The notes beneath the pieces were generated by a model that was not told where the DNA came from, made no database searches, and worked only from the letters and a program-made list of their open reading frames with translations. A DNA stretch of 64,000 nucleotides from a virus, in the IMG/VR virus record IMGVR_UViG_3300045256_000135, positions 32,001-96,000 of that record; one strand, written 5' to 3'. Position numbers and translations under genes: made by a program. This document shows positions 19,979-29,522 of the stretch, in pieces. The stretch's first letter is position 1. Each line of letters opens with the position of its first letter.

Positions 19979-21590
19979 GACCAGCTCGTTGCTCGAGAAG
20001 TATCTTCCGTCGTCCTCGCCCTTTTCGACTTCGTCAGTTCTGAACCCAACCCCAGGTGCAGCAGCAGTATACGCACCGGCATCAGAACGCGAATCCGAAT
20101 TGTCGCTCAAAGATCGCATGCTTCAAGTCATGCGAGTTCGACACCCAATGGGCATCTCGATCAAGATCAAAGGAAGCGCGGAAGAAAGTCAAGAAACGTT
20201 TGAAGGGTATTTCCCACCACCCACTTGGGAGCTGAAAGAGACTCCGATGCAGGTGGTGATGTCGACGATCAATTCAGTCATTGAGCGTCACCCTGTACCG
20301 AAACAGAAAACTCATGCACCAATTGCTGAAGAGATGCAGCTGGTACGTGAGATCTTAGACTGGATGGATGCAACCAACGCTAAGATCAATGTTCATCAGC
20401 TGCATTCGTTCACACTCTTCAAGGACATGTTCATTGAAGCAATCGCGAAGCGATCGAAGGAACCAAACACGGATCTTGATCGTGCTCTTCGTTTTTGCTC
20501 AGACGAAGTTTGGCAGGTAGTTCAGGATGCTGAGTGGCAGTCTGACATCACGCCGTTGGTCATTCGTCAGAATCCAGAGACCACTCTGTTTAGCCGAACG
20601 GTTCTGACAGGGTACTTGCATCAACGCATCTGTCTGGACGTTATGTCCAAGGCTGCTCATGACGCTAAGGAAAACAGATCAGCCAAGCCTCAAGTAACAC
20701 AGCCTGAATTGCCTGAAGACAAGTGGTTGATGCAGTATGGTTCAAGGCTCTGGTCTCGAGTTCACCGTGATCAAATGCGACTGATCGATGCTGTCCATCA
20801 GGAGAGTCATACGTCACCAGACGACCCACAGTTCAGGTTCGTTAAGCTTGTTTCGGGTTTCGCGTATCAGTGGGCTGACTCAGCCTTCCAGAAGCTGGTT
20901 ACAAGCCACACTTTCGCCGCAGCGCTGATGTCAACTAAGGTTGATGCAGAGTCCATCGAAGATCTGCAGCTACAGTGGAAAGCGTTCATGGTGGTCCTAC
21001 CAGAGAAGTTGGTTGATCACTGGGACCGACTGTACTTCTGGATTACTGGTGACGGCGGACAAGAACCATTCACCTATCACTTACTGGTGAGGGCTCAGAA
21101 CCATGAAGACGGATCGGTGTTAGTTAGCGGAAGCAACGTAGCTGAGTTGTTCAACGAGGCCGAAGAGATCGAACCCGTTGGCGAACTGTCGATCGCTCCT
21201 TATCATCAACGAGTGGTTCTACTTGCTAAGCGATTGATTGTTGGTTTGCTTCTGACCATGCAGAACACCAACAACTTCAAGAACAAAGAGTACGGTGGAC
21301 GAAACGCGGAGAAGGGTGAGCCACGTGGTGAGCCTAACCATCGAGTCTGCATGATCGGTAGGGCGATCAAAGTGGACTGTCGTCCAGCGATTCGGAAGTT
21401 TCTGGTTGGCACTGATCGACGCGGAAAGAGAGAAGTCGCTCCGCCATCAGTGCAGGTTCTGGTCCGTGGACACTACAAACGGCAAGTGCTTGGCGTTGGT
21501 CGGAAGCAGCGCAAAGTGATTTGGATCGAACCGTACTGGCGTGGACCCGAAGACGCTCCAATTCTCACTCGACCGAAGGAGTTTTCCTGA
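19965..21590 (+). CDS. Hypothetical phage protein with a C-terminal VRGHY..Q...WIEPYWRG motif
   Basis: 541-aa ORF with a motif recurrent in phage hypotheticals. Confidence 0.7.
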   Translation: MMRTKTSSLLEKYLPSSSPFSTSSVLNPTPGAAAVYAPASERESELSLKDRMLQVMRVRHPMGISIKIKGSAEESQETFEGYFPPPTWELKETPMQVVMSTINSVIERHPVPKQKTHAPIAEEMQLVREILDWMDATNAKINVHQLHSFTLFKDMFIEAIAKRSKEPNTDLDRALRFCSDEVWQVVQDAEWQSDITPLVIRQNPETTLFSRTVLTGYLHQRICLDVMSKAAHDAKENRSAKPQVTQPELPEDKWLMQYGSRLWSRVHRDQMRLIDAVHQESHTSPDDPQFRFVKLVSGFAYQWADSAFQKLVTSHTFAAALMSTKVDAESIEDLQLQWKAFMVVLPEKLVDHWDRLYFWITGDGGQEPFTYHLLVRAQNHEDGSVLVSGSNVAELFNEAEEIEPVGELSIAPYHQRVVLLAKRLIVGLLLTMQNTNNFKNKEYGGRNAEKGEPRGEPNHRVCMIGRAIKVDCRPAIRKFLVGTDRRGKREVAPPSVQVLVRGHYKRQVLGVGRKQRKVIWIEPYWRGPEDAPILTRPKEFS

Positions 21591-22431
21591 TGAAAGTTAG
21601 CATTTACGTTACCATCGCACCCAACGCCGATCGGCCTTATGTCACAACTTTTCCGCCTCCAGAAGACCTTGCGGAACATCGCAAGCAACTTGGGATTCGT
21701 GTGTTTTAGGGTTGACGCTGATCTTCCAGTGTCTGCTACGGACGTGGTTACTGTCCAGCCAAAAGCGGTGGAACCGATCTGAGAAGATCGAGTATTTTCA
21801 TTAGAATAGAGGTATGTCGTACTCTATTCCGCCCGGTATCTCTTTGCGTGACATGCAAGAAGCAACCGAGCAGGCTTTGAAGGACGGAAACATTGCAGCA
21901 GTCCTCGCGTTCCTGCACGCTAGATTGATGTTGTTGGAAGACACACCAACCCGCCCTGGTTTCACCCCACAACGGAAGCCTACTCCACCCGGGTTCTATC
22001 GGGTGCTCCTTGAAGACTTGAAGAAGGACACAGACAAATGAGTGATGGGCCCGTTTCAACAAAGTTTGCAATTGGCGCTGAAGTCTTTTGGTTGAAGTTT
22101 CATGAGATAACGCCGTACCGATCACTTGCGGGGTTCTTGGGAGAGGTGGTTGGCGTACGCGAGTCTCCGGAAGGGTTTCTGTACGATGTGGAGTTCTGGA
22201 ACGGCGAGTTGGTCAGGGACATTGCAGAGCACTGGTTGTCCCCTAACGATGACGAGATCAATCCTTGTGATACGCAGTGCTCGGCATGCAAGTATCTGGT
22301 GATCGACCAGGCACAGTTTCGCAGTTGTTCGGAATGCAGCTCTGACATCTGTGTTGAGTGTGGCCTGTTCTCAGGAGACCGAGATGACTGGCTTTGTGAC
22401 GAGTGCTTTGCAAAAGAAACTCAGCCAGCAC

Positions 22432-22470
22432 CCTTGATTTCCGACTCCACATCATTATGATCATTGTATG
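22432..22470 (+). promoter_or_regulatory. Class-1 promoter, copy 6, leaderless
   Basis: TTGATT(22434)-N16-TATGAT(22456)-CATTGT-ATG(22468). Confidence 0.8.
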
Positions 22471-23115
22471 GATGAATACACACTACTCGGCTATGAAGGG
22501 TACTGGGACCCGAGAAAGCATCTGACGTGGGGAGCTGCGGCATACTCACACAATGGGATGCTTGTGAATGGCATCTCGAGGCTCACATCACCTCTCGACT
22601 TCTTCGAGGGAGGCTGCGACAAACGTGTAATCCAGAAGGTACTCAAGCAGCCAATCCATGCTCCTCTCTACTCGGTGGTGCAAATGTCCCATCTGATCAA
22701 GTGGGAGCTGCTCGCCTCTCTCCCACCGGATGGTCACGTTGATAACACTTGCTACCGATTGGAGACCGAGAACAGTGGTGCTTTGATCGGTTGTGGATCA
22801 CAGTCGGCTTTCAACAGTTGGCGAGCAGTTGCGATCAGTAGGATGCTGGAGAGGGTTGACCTGGCAGTGTTTGATCCGATCCCGACTGAGCTCAAGCTCT
22901 CTGAAGCTAAAGCCCGAATCGAATCAGCGTTGACTCTTAGCGTACATGATCCTCACGCTAGGGCATACGCTCACGTATTCTTCAAACTCAGTCGCAGGCA
23001 TAGTGTCGCCATGCTGCGCGGAGATCTGAAGGCAGCCGAAGCTGAGTTTGATCGCACTGTGGATCAGTTGGAGAAGCGCTTGGTAAGGAAGCGCCTTTCG
23101 CTCCTTGATCTCTGA
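22468..23115 (+). CDS. Hypothetical protein
   Basis: ATG directly follows the promoter motif. Confidence 0.7.
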   Translation: MDEYTLLGYEGYWDPRKHLTWGAAAYSHNGMLVNGISRLTSPLDFFEGGCDKRVIQKVLKQPIHAPLYSVVQMSHLIKWELLASLPPDGHVDNTCYRLETENSGALIGCGSQSAFNSWRAVAISRMLERVDLAVFDPIPTELKLSEAKARIESALTLSVHDPHARAYAHVFFKLSRRHSVAMLRGDLKAAEAEFDRTVDQLEKRLVRKRLSLLDL

Positions 23116-23141
23116 ATCATCATTATTATGATCATTGTATG
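23103..23141 (+). promoter_or_regulatory. Class-1 promoter, copy 7, leaderless
   Basis: TTGATC(23105)-N16-TATGAT(23127)-CATTGT-ATG(23139). Confidence 0.8.
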
Positions 23142-23414
23142 ACGACCTGGATTTTCGAATCGGAGTTTCGGTATCGTGGACGGATGTACGAAGTCAAGAT
23201 TTCCGACGCTCCCGAGAACGTTGGGATCATCGGTCTGGTTCGTGATGGAGACAATCGCGGAGTCCGCGCCCTGTTTCGCAAAATGCACCACGATGACGTG
23301 GAGAGCGGATGCAGAGTGGTTGGTAGTCAGACGTTGATCGTTGAGCGTCCAGACGGAGTTGACGTCAAGTTGTTGGAAGCTGCTCAGAAGCTCTGTCTGG
23401 GTTGGCCACAGTAG
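23139..23414 (+). CDS. Hypothetical protein
   Basis: ATG directly follows the promoter motif. Confidence 0.7.
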   Translation: MTTWIFESEFRYRGRMYEVKISDAPENVGIIGLVRDGDNRGVRALFRKMHHDDVESGCRVVGSQTLIVERPDGVDVKLLEAAQKLCLGWPQ

Positions 23415-23428
23415 GTAAATGATCGTAG

Positions 23429-23513
23429 GGAAGGTTGGCCGAGTGGTTTAAGGCAGCGGTTTTGAAAACCGCCGTTGGGCAACCAACCGGGGGTTCGAAT
23501 CCCTCACCTTCCG
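23429..23513 (+). tRNA. tRNA-Ser(TGA)
   Basis: GGAAGGT/ACCTTCC-G; GCGGT-TTTGAAA-ACCGC; long variable arm. Confidence 0.95.
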
Positions 23514-24035
23514 CGAAATGCTATCGAAGCAGAAGCGTATCGTTCGAAACGCTTTGGATCGTGAATACCAGCGGGACCTGATTAAGCGCAAGCTGAAAGT
23601 TTCGTGCCCTCGATGTAGGGCCGCTCGTGGCAACCCGTGTATTCACGACCAAGGTCCGCGTCGTGGCCAGCCAATGGCTGGAGTACACAGGGATCGTTCT
23701 GACCTTGCTAACCGTGTTGGCTTGGTTAAGGGTCCACATTTCTGGGGAGGGCAAAGGTACAAGCGGAGGACGAGATGACGTTCACAATTGAACCTGGAAC
23801 AGTATTCTACGATCAGCTCGAAGACGGTAGGTTTGAGAAGTGCGTTTTTGCAACCCACTGACGAAGATACGCCCAACCGGAAGGAAGCAGCCCGCGGTGG
23901 CACAGGTGAGTTCTACAGAGAGATCAGCACAGAGGCATTCATGGCTCTCTCAGACGTAGAACAGGACGAAGTAGTGCTTATTCAAATGCCACGGGAAGGG
24001 ACGTTCCCAAGGCTTGTTACGCTGGAGAAGATCAA

Positions 24036-24920
24036 GTGAGCATCATCGGGTTTTGTGGGTTTGCTGGTTCTGGTAAGGACACAGCTGCTGACATCTTCTG
24101 TTCACATTTCAATTCTAGTAAGGTAGCGTTGGCGGATCCGCTGAAACGAATCTGCATGGAGGTGTTTGACTTCACTCCAAAGCAGCTGTGGGGCCCAAGT
24201 GAAGAGCGGAACAAAGAAGATTCTCGTTATCTGCGGGTGAAAAAGGGTGCAAATGGGTGGGCTGACGTTCGACCACTGGTTGAGTATAGCAAGGCGAACG
24301 GAACACCATACATCCCAGAGGAGAAGTACCCGCAGTACGCTGGGCTAGATCATGAGTTGACGTGGTACGGTAGTCCAGAGAATTTCGGTTATCTGCCGTC
24401 TCCTCCAAGAGATGAGTACCTTACTCCACGCCTGGCTCTTCAACAGCTCGGAACCGAATGGGGCCGCAACTGCTACCCTGACATCTGGGTTGAGAAAACA
24501 ATCCGCATTGCTCAGAATTTGCTCCAAGCTGAACGGATGCATCCAAAGCTGGTGACACTTCGTGCACGTTACCCAATGATCTACACAGCACGTGATGGCG
24601 CATATCAGTGGGATGACGTGGTTCAGCATCTCTGGGTACCATCAGGTAGTGAACCGTGGGGCAACACCTGGTACAGCAGACACGAGCATGTGGTGATTCC
24701 AGACGTCAGGTTTGTGAATGAGATCAACGCCATTCGCAAAGCTGGTGGGAAGGTGATCAGAATCCGTCGACCAGATATTGGCCAGGTGTACAACCACCAA
24801 TCGGAGTCCGAGCAAGCTGGAATTGAAGATGACGTCTTTGACAAGGTAATTGATAATGACGGAACCCTAGAGGATCTCGCCACAAAGGTGAGAGAGCTAG
24901 AGTCGATCCTGAAGGGGTAG
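24036..24920 (+). CDS. Deoxynucleoside monophosphate kinase (T4 gp1-like)
   Basis: GFAGSGKDT P-loop, ADPLK, LQQLGTEWGR, DVRFVNE, H.SE. Confidence 0.9.
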   Translation: MSIIGFCGFAGSGKDTAADIFCSHFNSSKVALADPLKRICMEVFDFTPKQLWGPSEERNKEDSRYLRVKKGANGWADVRPLVEYSKANGTPYIPEEKYPQYAGLDHELTWYGSPENFGYLPSPPRDEYLTPRLALQQLGTEWGRNCYPDIWVEKTIRIAQNLLQAERMHPKLVTLRARYPMIYTARDGAYQWDDVVQHLWVPSGSEPWGNTWYSRHEHVVIPDVRFVNEINAIRKAGGKVIRIRRPDIGQVYNHQSESEQAGIEDDVFDKVIDNDGTLEDLATKVRELESILKG

Positions 24921-25229
24921 AGATGGGATACACAACTGATGACAGTTGCGTTCGAGTTGACTTTTTCAAGCCTTCCGGTAAGTGGTACACAACCGAGTCG
25001 GTAACATGGACTGGTCCCTATGAAGGTGATATTATCTTCTCGTTCGCAAAGAGTCTTCTCGATCACTTGAAGTTTCGGGAGACAGATCGGAAGCATCAGC
25101 ACCCAAGTCACGTGAATGTTCGACTGAGTGGTCTGACTGCTGTATGCCTCGATCCCTACCACCAACACAGCTTTCCGTTAATGCTTGAAGTGGACCGAGT
25201 TGAGTCCATTGTCCAAGCAAAGAGGTGAT

Positions 25230-25730
25230 ATGCGAGTTTGGACTGTTCCGCTATCTGAGCTCTCTGATCAGCACGTTCTTGGTCAGCACCAAGAGTGGCA
25301 TATGCTTGAAGCAATGATGCGAAACAAGCAATTTGTTCGCCATCCGCTGGTGAAGTTCTTCAAGGACAAAAAGCCGTGGCTAGTTCAGTTCCATGCTGAG
25401 CTAGTCGAAGAGATACGTGTTCGGTTCGGATCGGAGCCGTCTAAGCACCAATCGCCGGTTCCATCAGCCTGGCGAGAGTCGTTGGATCCAGCAAAAGTGC
25501 AAGAGATCCTGTGGCCAGAGAGTTGGCTAGAGTTCGATCGTGAGGATCTGCGTCGCCGGTCGTTTGAAAAGCCAAAGCTTAGGTTTAAGGCGACTCAGCC
25601 ACCACCCTGGTGGCGAAAGGATTCTGATCTCCAATTTCCGTTGGGAGTGATCCCAATTCACTCGTACGCAAATCCCGAAACGTTTGGCAAATACATCTAC
25701 GAAGGAGAGCCAGCAGTTGTCTGGCGTTGA
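25230..25730 (+). CDS. Pyrimidine-dimer DNA glycosylase/endonuclease V-like protein
   Basis: MRVW...LSDQHVLGQHQEWH...H..LVEE...R; GAGGTG SD. Confidence 0.7.
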   Translation: MRVWTVPLSELSDQHVLGQHQEWHMLEAMMRNKQFVRHPLVKFFKDKKPWLVQFHAELVEEIRVRFGSEPSKHQSPVPSAWRESLDPAKVQEILWPESWLEFDREDLRRRSFEKPKLRFKATQPPPWWRKDSDLQFPLGVIPIHSYANPETFGKYIYEGEPAVVWR

Positions 25731-25734
25731 ACAC

Positions 25735-26796
25735 ATGGCTAAGAAACTCGCTAAGAAGAAGTCTAAGAAGCAATCGAATCTCAAGAAGATCATGCACATT
25801 GCATTCTGCATTGATGCATCGGGTTCGATGCATAACATTCTCGCACCCACCGAGAAGGCTTTTAAACAGTATGCCTCAGATCTCCGCAAGATCGAGTCAG
25901 ACACTGGCGTTGAGACCCGAACTAGCATCTACCGATTCGGCTGCGGCGGTACGAGTGGTGTGGAGAAGACTCACGCCAATCTCGAAATCATGGAGCTTCT
26001 GAAGGCAAAGATCCCATTTACAGCGGAAGGCCAAACGCCCCTGCTCGATTGTGTTGGAGACGCCACTAAGGGGTTTGACGGCATCCGGCCGAAGACCGGT
26101 GAGAAGGTAACGTTTCTCGTCGTCTGCTTGTCAGACGGTGGTGAGAACTTCTCTCGTCGGTTCAACAAGGAGACTCTGAAGAACCTGATGCAGGAGAAGA
26201 TGCAGACGGATTTGTGGACGTTCGTCTTCCTCGGTCCGAGAGGTAGCAGAGGCTACTTCGAGCAACTCGGGATCTCGACTGACAACATCAAGGAGTGGGA
26301 CCAGACGGAGAAGGGCGTAACCGAAGCCGTCTCTGCTGTTACTCGAGGAACCCAGTTGTACGCTAGCAACTATGCTAGCAAGGGCATCACAAAGTCTACG
26401 AGCTTCTTCTCCGACGCTTCGAAGATCTCCGTTAGCAAGGCCAAGAAGGCCTTGGACAAGCTCAACGGGAAGTTCTTCGAATGGAAGGTCCCGACGGAGT
26501 GCGAGATCAAGGAGCTGGTGGAACAGAAAGGCTACGAGTACGAGAAGGGCAAGGGCTTCTATCAGCTCACCAAGGATGAAAAGGCAATCCAAGATTACAA
26601 GCAGCTGATGCTCCGTGACAAGAAGACGGGTGACCTCTTCGGTGGAGAAGATGCACGCTCCCTGCTTGGCTTTCCGAGCACTGGTAGCATCAAGGTCAAG
26701 CCAGGTAATCACGGTAACTGGGACATTTTCGTCCAGAGCACGTCCGTGAATCGGAAGCTCGTTCGCGGTACGATTCTGCTCTACGCCAAGAACTAA
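25735..26796 (+). CDS. von Willebrand factor A domain protein
   Basis: MIDAS motif DASGSM, TPLLD, SDGGEN.S. Confidence 0.88.
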   Translation: MAKKLAKKKSKKQSNLKKIMHIAFCIDASGSMHNILAPTEKAFKQYASDLRKIESDTGVETRTSIYRFGCGGTSGVEKTHANLEIMELLKAKIPFTAEGQTPLLDCVGDATKGFDGIRPKTGEKVTFLVVCLSDGGENFSRRFNKETLKNLMQEKMQTDLWTFVFLGPRGSRGYFEQLGISTDNIKEWDQTEKGVTEAVSAVTRGTQLYASNYASKGITKSTSFFSDASKISVSKAKKALDKLNGKFFEWKVPTECEIKELVEQKGYEYEKGKGFYQLTKDEKAIQDYKQLMLRDKKTGDLFGGEDARSLLGFPSTGSIKVKPGNHGNWDIFVQSTSVNRKLVRGTILLYAKN

Positions 26797-26801
26797 GTGC
26801 T

Positions 26802-26969
26802 ATGATTCCCTCAAGAAAGCGTGCTCTGCGTCGAGAGTGGTTTCGAATCGCCAGTGGGTATAATTCGAACATGTACTCACGTGCTGATCGTAAACTGATC
26901 AATCGACGCAGAGCACGGAGGGATTCCGCAAGACGTATGCGTAGACGCCAGAATCAGAGGATGGGATGA
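26802..26969 (+). CDS. 55-aa arginine-rich peptide not in the ORF track
   Basis: MIPSRKRALRREW...RRRARRDSARRMRRRQ; ATGA overlap with nusG. Confidence 0.6.
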   Translation: MIPSRKRALRREWFRIASGYNSNMYSRADRKLINRRRARRDSARRMRRRQNQRMG

Positions 26970-27601
26970 ATACTACAGCACCAGTGAAGAAGCCACGAAA
27001 GAAGTCGAATCTTCCGCCCGAGCTAGCTCCCGTAGATCCGTCTTCGGTCTGGAGGTGGTACTGTGTTGTCACTGGTTCTGCGTCTGAGGGCAAGGTTGTA
27101 CTCAGACTTCGAAAGTATCTCGAGCTGATGGGAATGCAGAGTGCAGTTAAGGCTACGCTTATACCCATCGGATTCATTCCAGTGATAGATGCTAAGGGTG
27201 TCAGAGAGATCAAGAGGGAGCGTTTGTTTGCAGGCTACTTGTTTCTGCTAGCCAAGATGACTCCATCTCTGAGAGACTTGGTTCTGTCGATTGAGTCAGT
27301 GTCACAGTTCATCTGCGATTCGAATGATCGCTTGTTGCACATTCCTGACAGGCAGATGGAACAGATTCTGGTTAGCATGATGCAAGCAACCAACCCGACA
27401 GCAGCGAAACCTAAGTTTGCAAAAGCCTCAGCAGTTGCTATCACTGGTGGTGGATTCCAGAACTTCCACGGAACGGTAGTCGATCATGTTGGCGACAAGG
27501 TTTCGGTAAGCGTAAGCATCTTCGGACGAAAGACCACAGTAGTCTTCCATGAAAACATGGTAGTGCCAGCAAAGCAAGAAGATTTCTCTAGTACTCCTTG
27601 A
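26966..27601 (+). CDS. nusG: NusG-family transcription elongation factor
   Basis: WYCVVTGSASE, LFAGYLF (NGN domain); KOW GGGFQNFHGTV...VSIFGRKT. Confidence 0.9.
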   Translation: MNTTAPVKKPRKKSNLPPELAPVDPSSVWRWYCVVTGSASEGKVVLRLRKYLELMGMQSAVKATLIPIGFIPVIDAKGVREIKRERLFAGYLFLLAKMTPSLRDLVLSIESVSQFICDSNDRLLHIPDRQMEQILVSMMQATNPTAAKPKFAKASAVAITGGGFQNFHGTVVDHVGDKVSVSVSIFGRKTTVVFHENMVVPAKQEDFSSTP

Positions 27602-27625
27602 TTTCTCTACAAGCATCATTATGAT
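27596..27625 (+). promoter_or_regulatory. Class-1 promoter, copy 8, leadered variant
   Basis: TTGATT(27598)-N16-TATGAT(27620), then AAGGAGG and ATG 27650. Confidence 0.75.
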
Positions 27626-27649
27626 TGATGATGTAAGGAGGAAGGGAAG

Positions 27650-27817
27650 ATGATCTCCAACAAAAAGCTGATCGCTGAGAAGGACAAGCTGATCGCTGAT
27701 TTTCTGGCAACGAAGGCTGGTTGGGTTGCTCTCGGAGCTGACCCTGCCCTCTTCGACGAACAGATCAACAAGCTTCAAACCGAGCGAGCACAGCTCACAT
27801 CGAAGATTGGCAAGTGA
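27650..27817 (+). CDS. 55-aa hypothetical protein not in the ORF track
   Basis: MISNKKLIAEK...KIGK*; strong SD. Confidence 0.65.
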   Translation: MISNKKLIAEKDKLIADFLATKAGWVALGADPALFDEQINKLQTERAQLTSKIGK

Positions 27818-27822
27818 AGACA

Positions 27823-27978
27823 ATGAGCAAGCTTCAAAGGAAGATCCGTCGGGAGCGGAAGATGGATGCGTGGCTGGAACGCCGTGCCACCCGATCGAAG
27901 TTTGCTCGGAAGCAGTTCGAGAAGGAGAACGGCCGGGCTCCCCGACCTGATGCTCTCAGTGAGGCGTCGAAGAAGTGA
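27823..27978 (+). CDS. 51-aa Arg/Lys-rich peptide not in the ORF track
   Basis: MSKLQRKIRRERK...; GTGA overlap with ORF 27975. Confidence 0.55.
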   Translation: MSKLQRKIRRERKMDAWLERRATRSKFARKQFEKENGRAPRPDALSEASKK

Positions 27979-28143
27979 AAAAGACTCTGGTAGACCTTAC
28001 TTGGATTCGTCGGCAACCGGAAACAGCTACATTCTTTGTTCCCGACGTCACTGCCGCGCCTGTCAAAAAGCTAGTAGCCATTTTCCATGCTACCAACGGG
28101 CGTCTGGTATTTATCGAACAAGATCAACTCAGGAGAATCGATT

Positions 28144-28479
28144 ATGGCAACGCGTAAGAAGACGGTTAAGCGCACTGTGAAGCGGGTTCAGAAGACGCGG
28201 AAGCCCGCGCGGGTGAAGGAGCAGGTGATCTGGAAGCTCAGTGGTCACGGAAACCATGAACTCCCGAAGGGGTACAAGATCCTGTTTGGCAAGGACCGAA
28301 GCGGGACTCCCAAGGTCTGGGCTTTGGTCGATCCCACTGCCAAGAAGGTGACGGTCGAGTTGCGGGTGATTCGGACGGGAGCTCCCTTTCCGAAGGGGTT
28401 CGAGTACGTCGGTAGCTACGATTCGTCGCCGACGTCCCACATCCTCGTCGGTCCTGCCAGCAACCACTCCGAAGACTGA
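28144..28479 (+). CDS. Hypothetical protein with basic N-terminus
   Basis: AGGAG SD; MATRKKTVKRTVKR... Confidence 0.7.
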   Translation: MATRKKTVKRTVKRVQKTRKPARVKEQVIWKLSGHGNHELPKGYKILFGKDRSGTPKVWALVDPTAKKVTVELRVIRTGAPFPKGFEYVGSYDSSPTSHILVGPASNHSED

Positions 28480-28862
28480 CTTCAGCTAGCTCTCATTGAG
28501 AGCGGACAACCACGAACTGCCGTGGAGCTGAAGTCGCAGTAGAGACATTTGACTCGGTGTCTCCGGTTCCTCCTCTGATACGGCGAAGAGATCAGAGGAG
28601 GAATTGTTTGCTGCTCTGATCATTGAGGAGGCTAGTGTTTTCGATTTTGGGGTTCGACTGGATGGCGATCAGGAGTCACAACTTAATTAGACCCTGGGAC
28701 CCAAAGCTATCGGCGTAAATCGGTAGTGTACACAGTTCATCAAAGAGAAACCTCTCGCTTACGTAGCAAGAGCAGCCTCGAACCAGCCTGGCCAGCTGGG
28801 TTCTGTGACCAGTCACCATATACTCCCCACTTCAAAGACACTAGTCTCCTCAAGGACCAGAG
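28478..28862 (+). ncRNA. Putative structured non-coding RNA of unknown family (strand inferred)
   Basis: ORF-free ~385 nt with many long helices; G-U pairs favour the + strand. Confidence 0.6.
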
Positions 28863-28877
28863 AAGTTACTTCGAGCT

Positions 28878-28916
28878 CCTTGATTTCTGATCGATCATTA
28901 TTATGATCATTGTATG
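28878..28916 (+). promoter_or_regulatory. Class-1 promoter, copy 9, leaderless
   Basis: TTGATT(28880)-N16-TATGAT(28902)-CATTGT-ATG(28914). Confidence 0.8.
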
Positions 28917-29522
28917 AGGAACATGGAACACAGACTTTTGGGAATGGGATCTGGTCCGTCCGTTGATAAGCCGTTGGGAGTCAATTGGATTGATCAGAAG
29001 TACACTGGTACGCCTGGTCTGGTCGGAATGACCCTGTGCCCCGGTCGAAAGGGCCACGGTGCTTCCCAAATCCACAATCGCTCGGTCGACGCAGATGTTA
29101 CGACGATGCTGGAAATGGATCCCAAGGTTGATGCCCTCCTTGGTTTGATGGAAGCGTTCGAGTATCGGATGCTTCAGGCGGATACGCTGGCACATAAGTG
29201 TCGGGAGCAGTCGATCGACTATCTCTGGTATCCGATGCCCGATGGGGGCACCCCGCGGGATATGCGATCAGCCAGGTCGGTGGTCAACGCTGTGGTCCAG
29301 AAGCTCCGTTACGGTGAGAACATTGTGATCCACTGCAAGGCGGGTTTGGGTCGAACCGGGCTCCTTGCTAGCTGCATTCTGATTCGCCTCGGCTGGTCTG
29401 CTGAAGACGCGATGCGAATTGTCCGCCAAACTCGAAAGGGTACGATCGAGAACAAGCGCCAAGAGGCCTTCGTCAACGACTTTGGTGGACGTCAGTCCCA
29501 GTTCCGCAACCTGCCGGGTTGA
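28914..29522 (+). CDS. Dual-specificity / protein-tyrosine phosphatase (CDKN3-like)
   Basis: PMPDGG acid loop, IHCKAGLGRT P-loop, TIEN..Q. Confidence 0.92.
   Translation: MRNMEHRLLGMGSGPSVDKPLGVNWIDQKYTGTPGLVGMTLCPGRKGHGASQIHNRSVDADVTTMLEMDPKVDALLGLMEAFEYRMLQADTLAHKCREQSIDYLWYPMPDGGTPRDMRSARSVVNAVVQKLRYGENIVIHCKAGLGRTGLLASCILIRLGWSAEDAMRIVRQTRKGTIENKRQEAFVNDFGGRQSQFRNLPG

Noticed and set aside
28478-28862. tmRNA, RNase P RNA, SRP RNA or retron msr-msd
   Set aside because: No tRNA-like 3' end with T-arm and CCA, no GAGGAAAGTCC, no SRP GGAA domain recognised, and no reverse transcriptase in the window.
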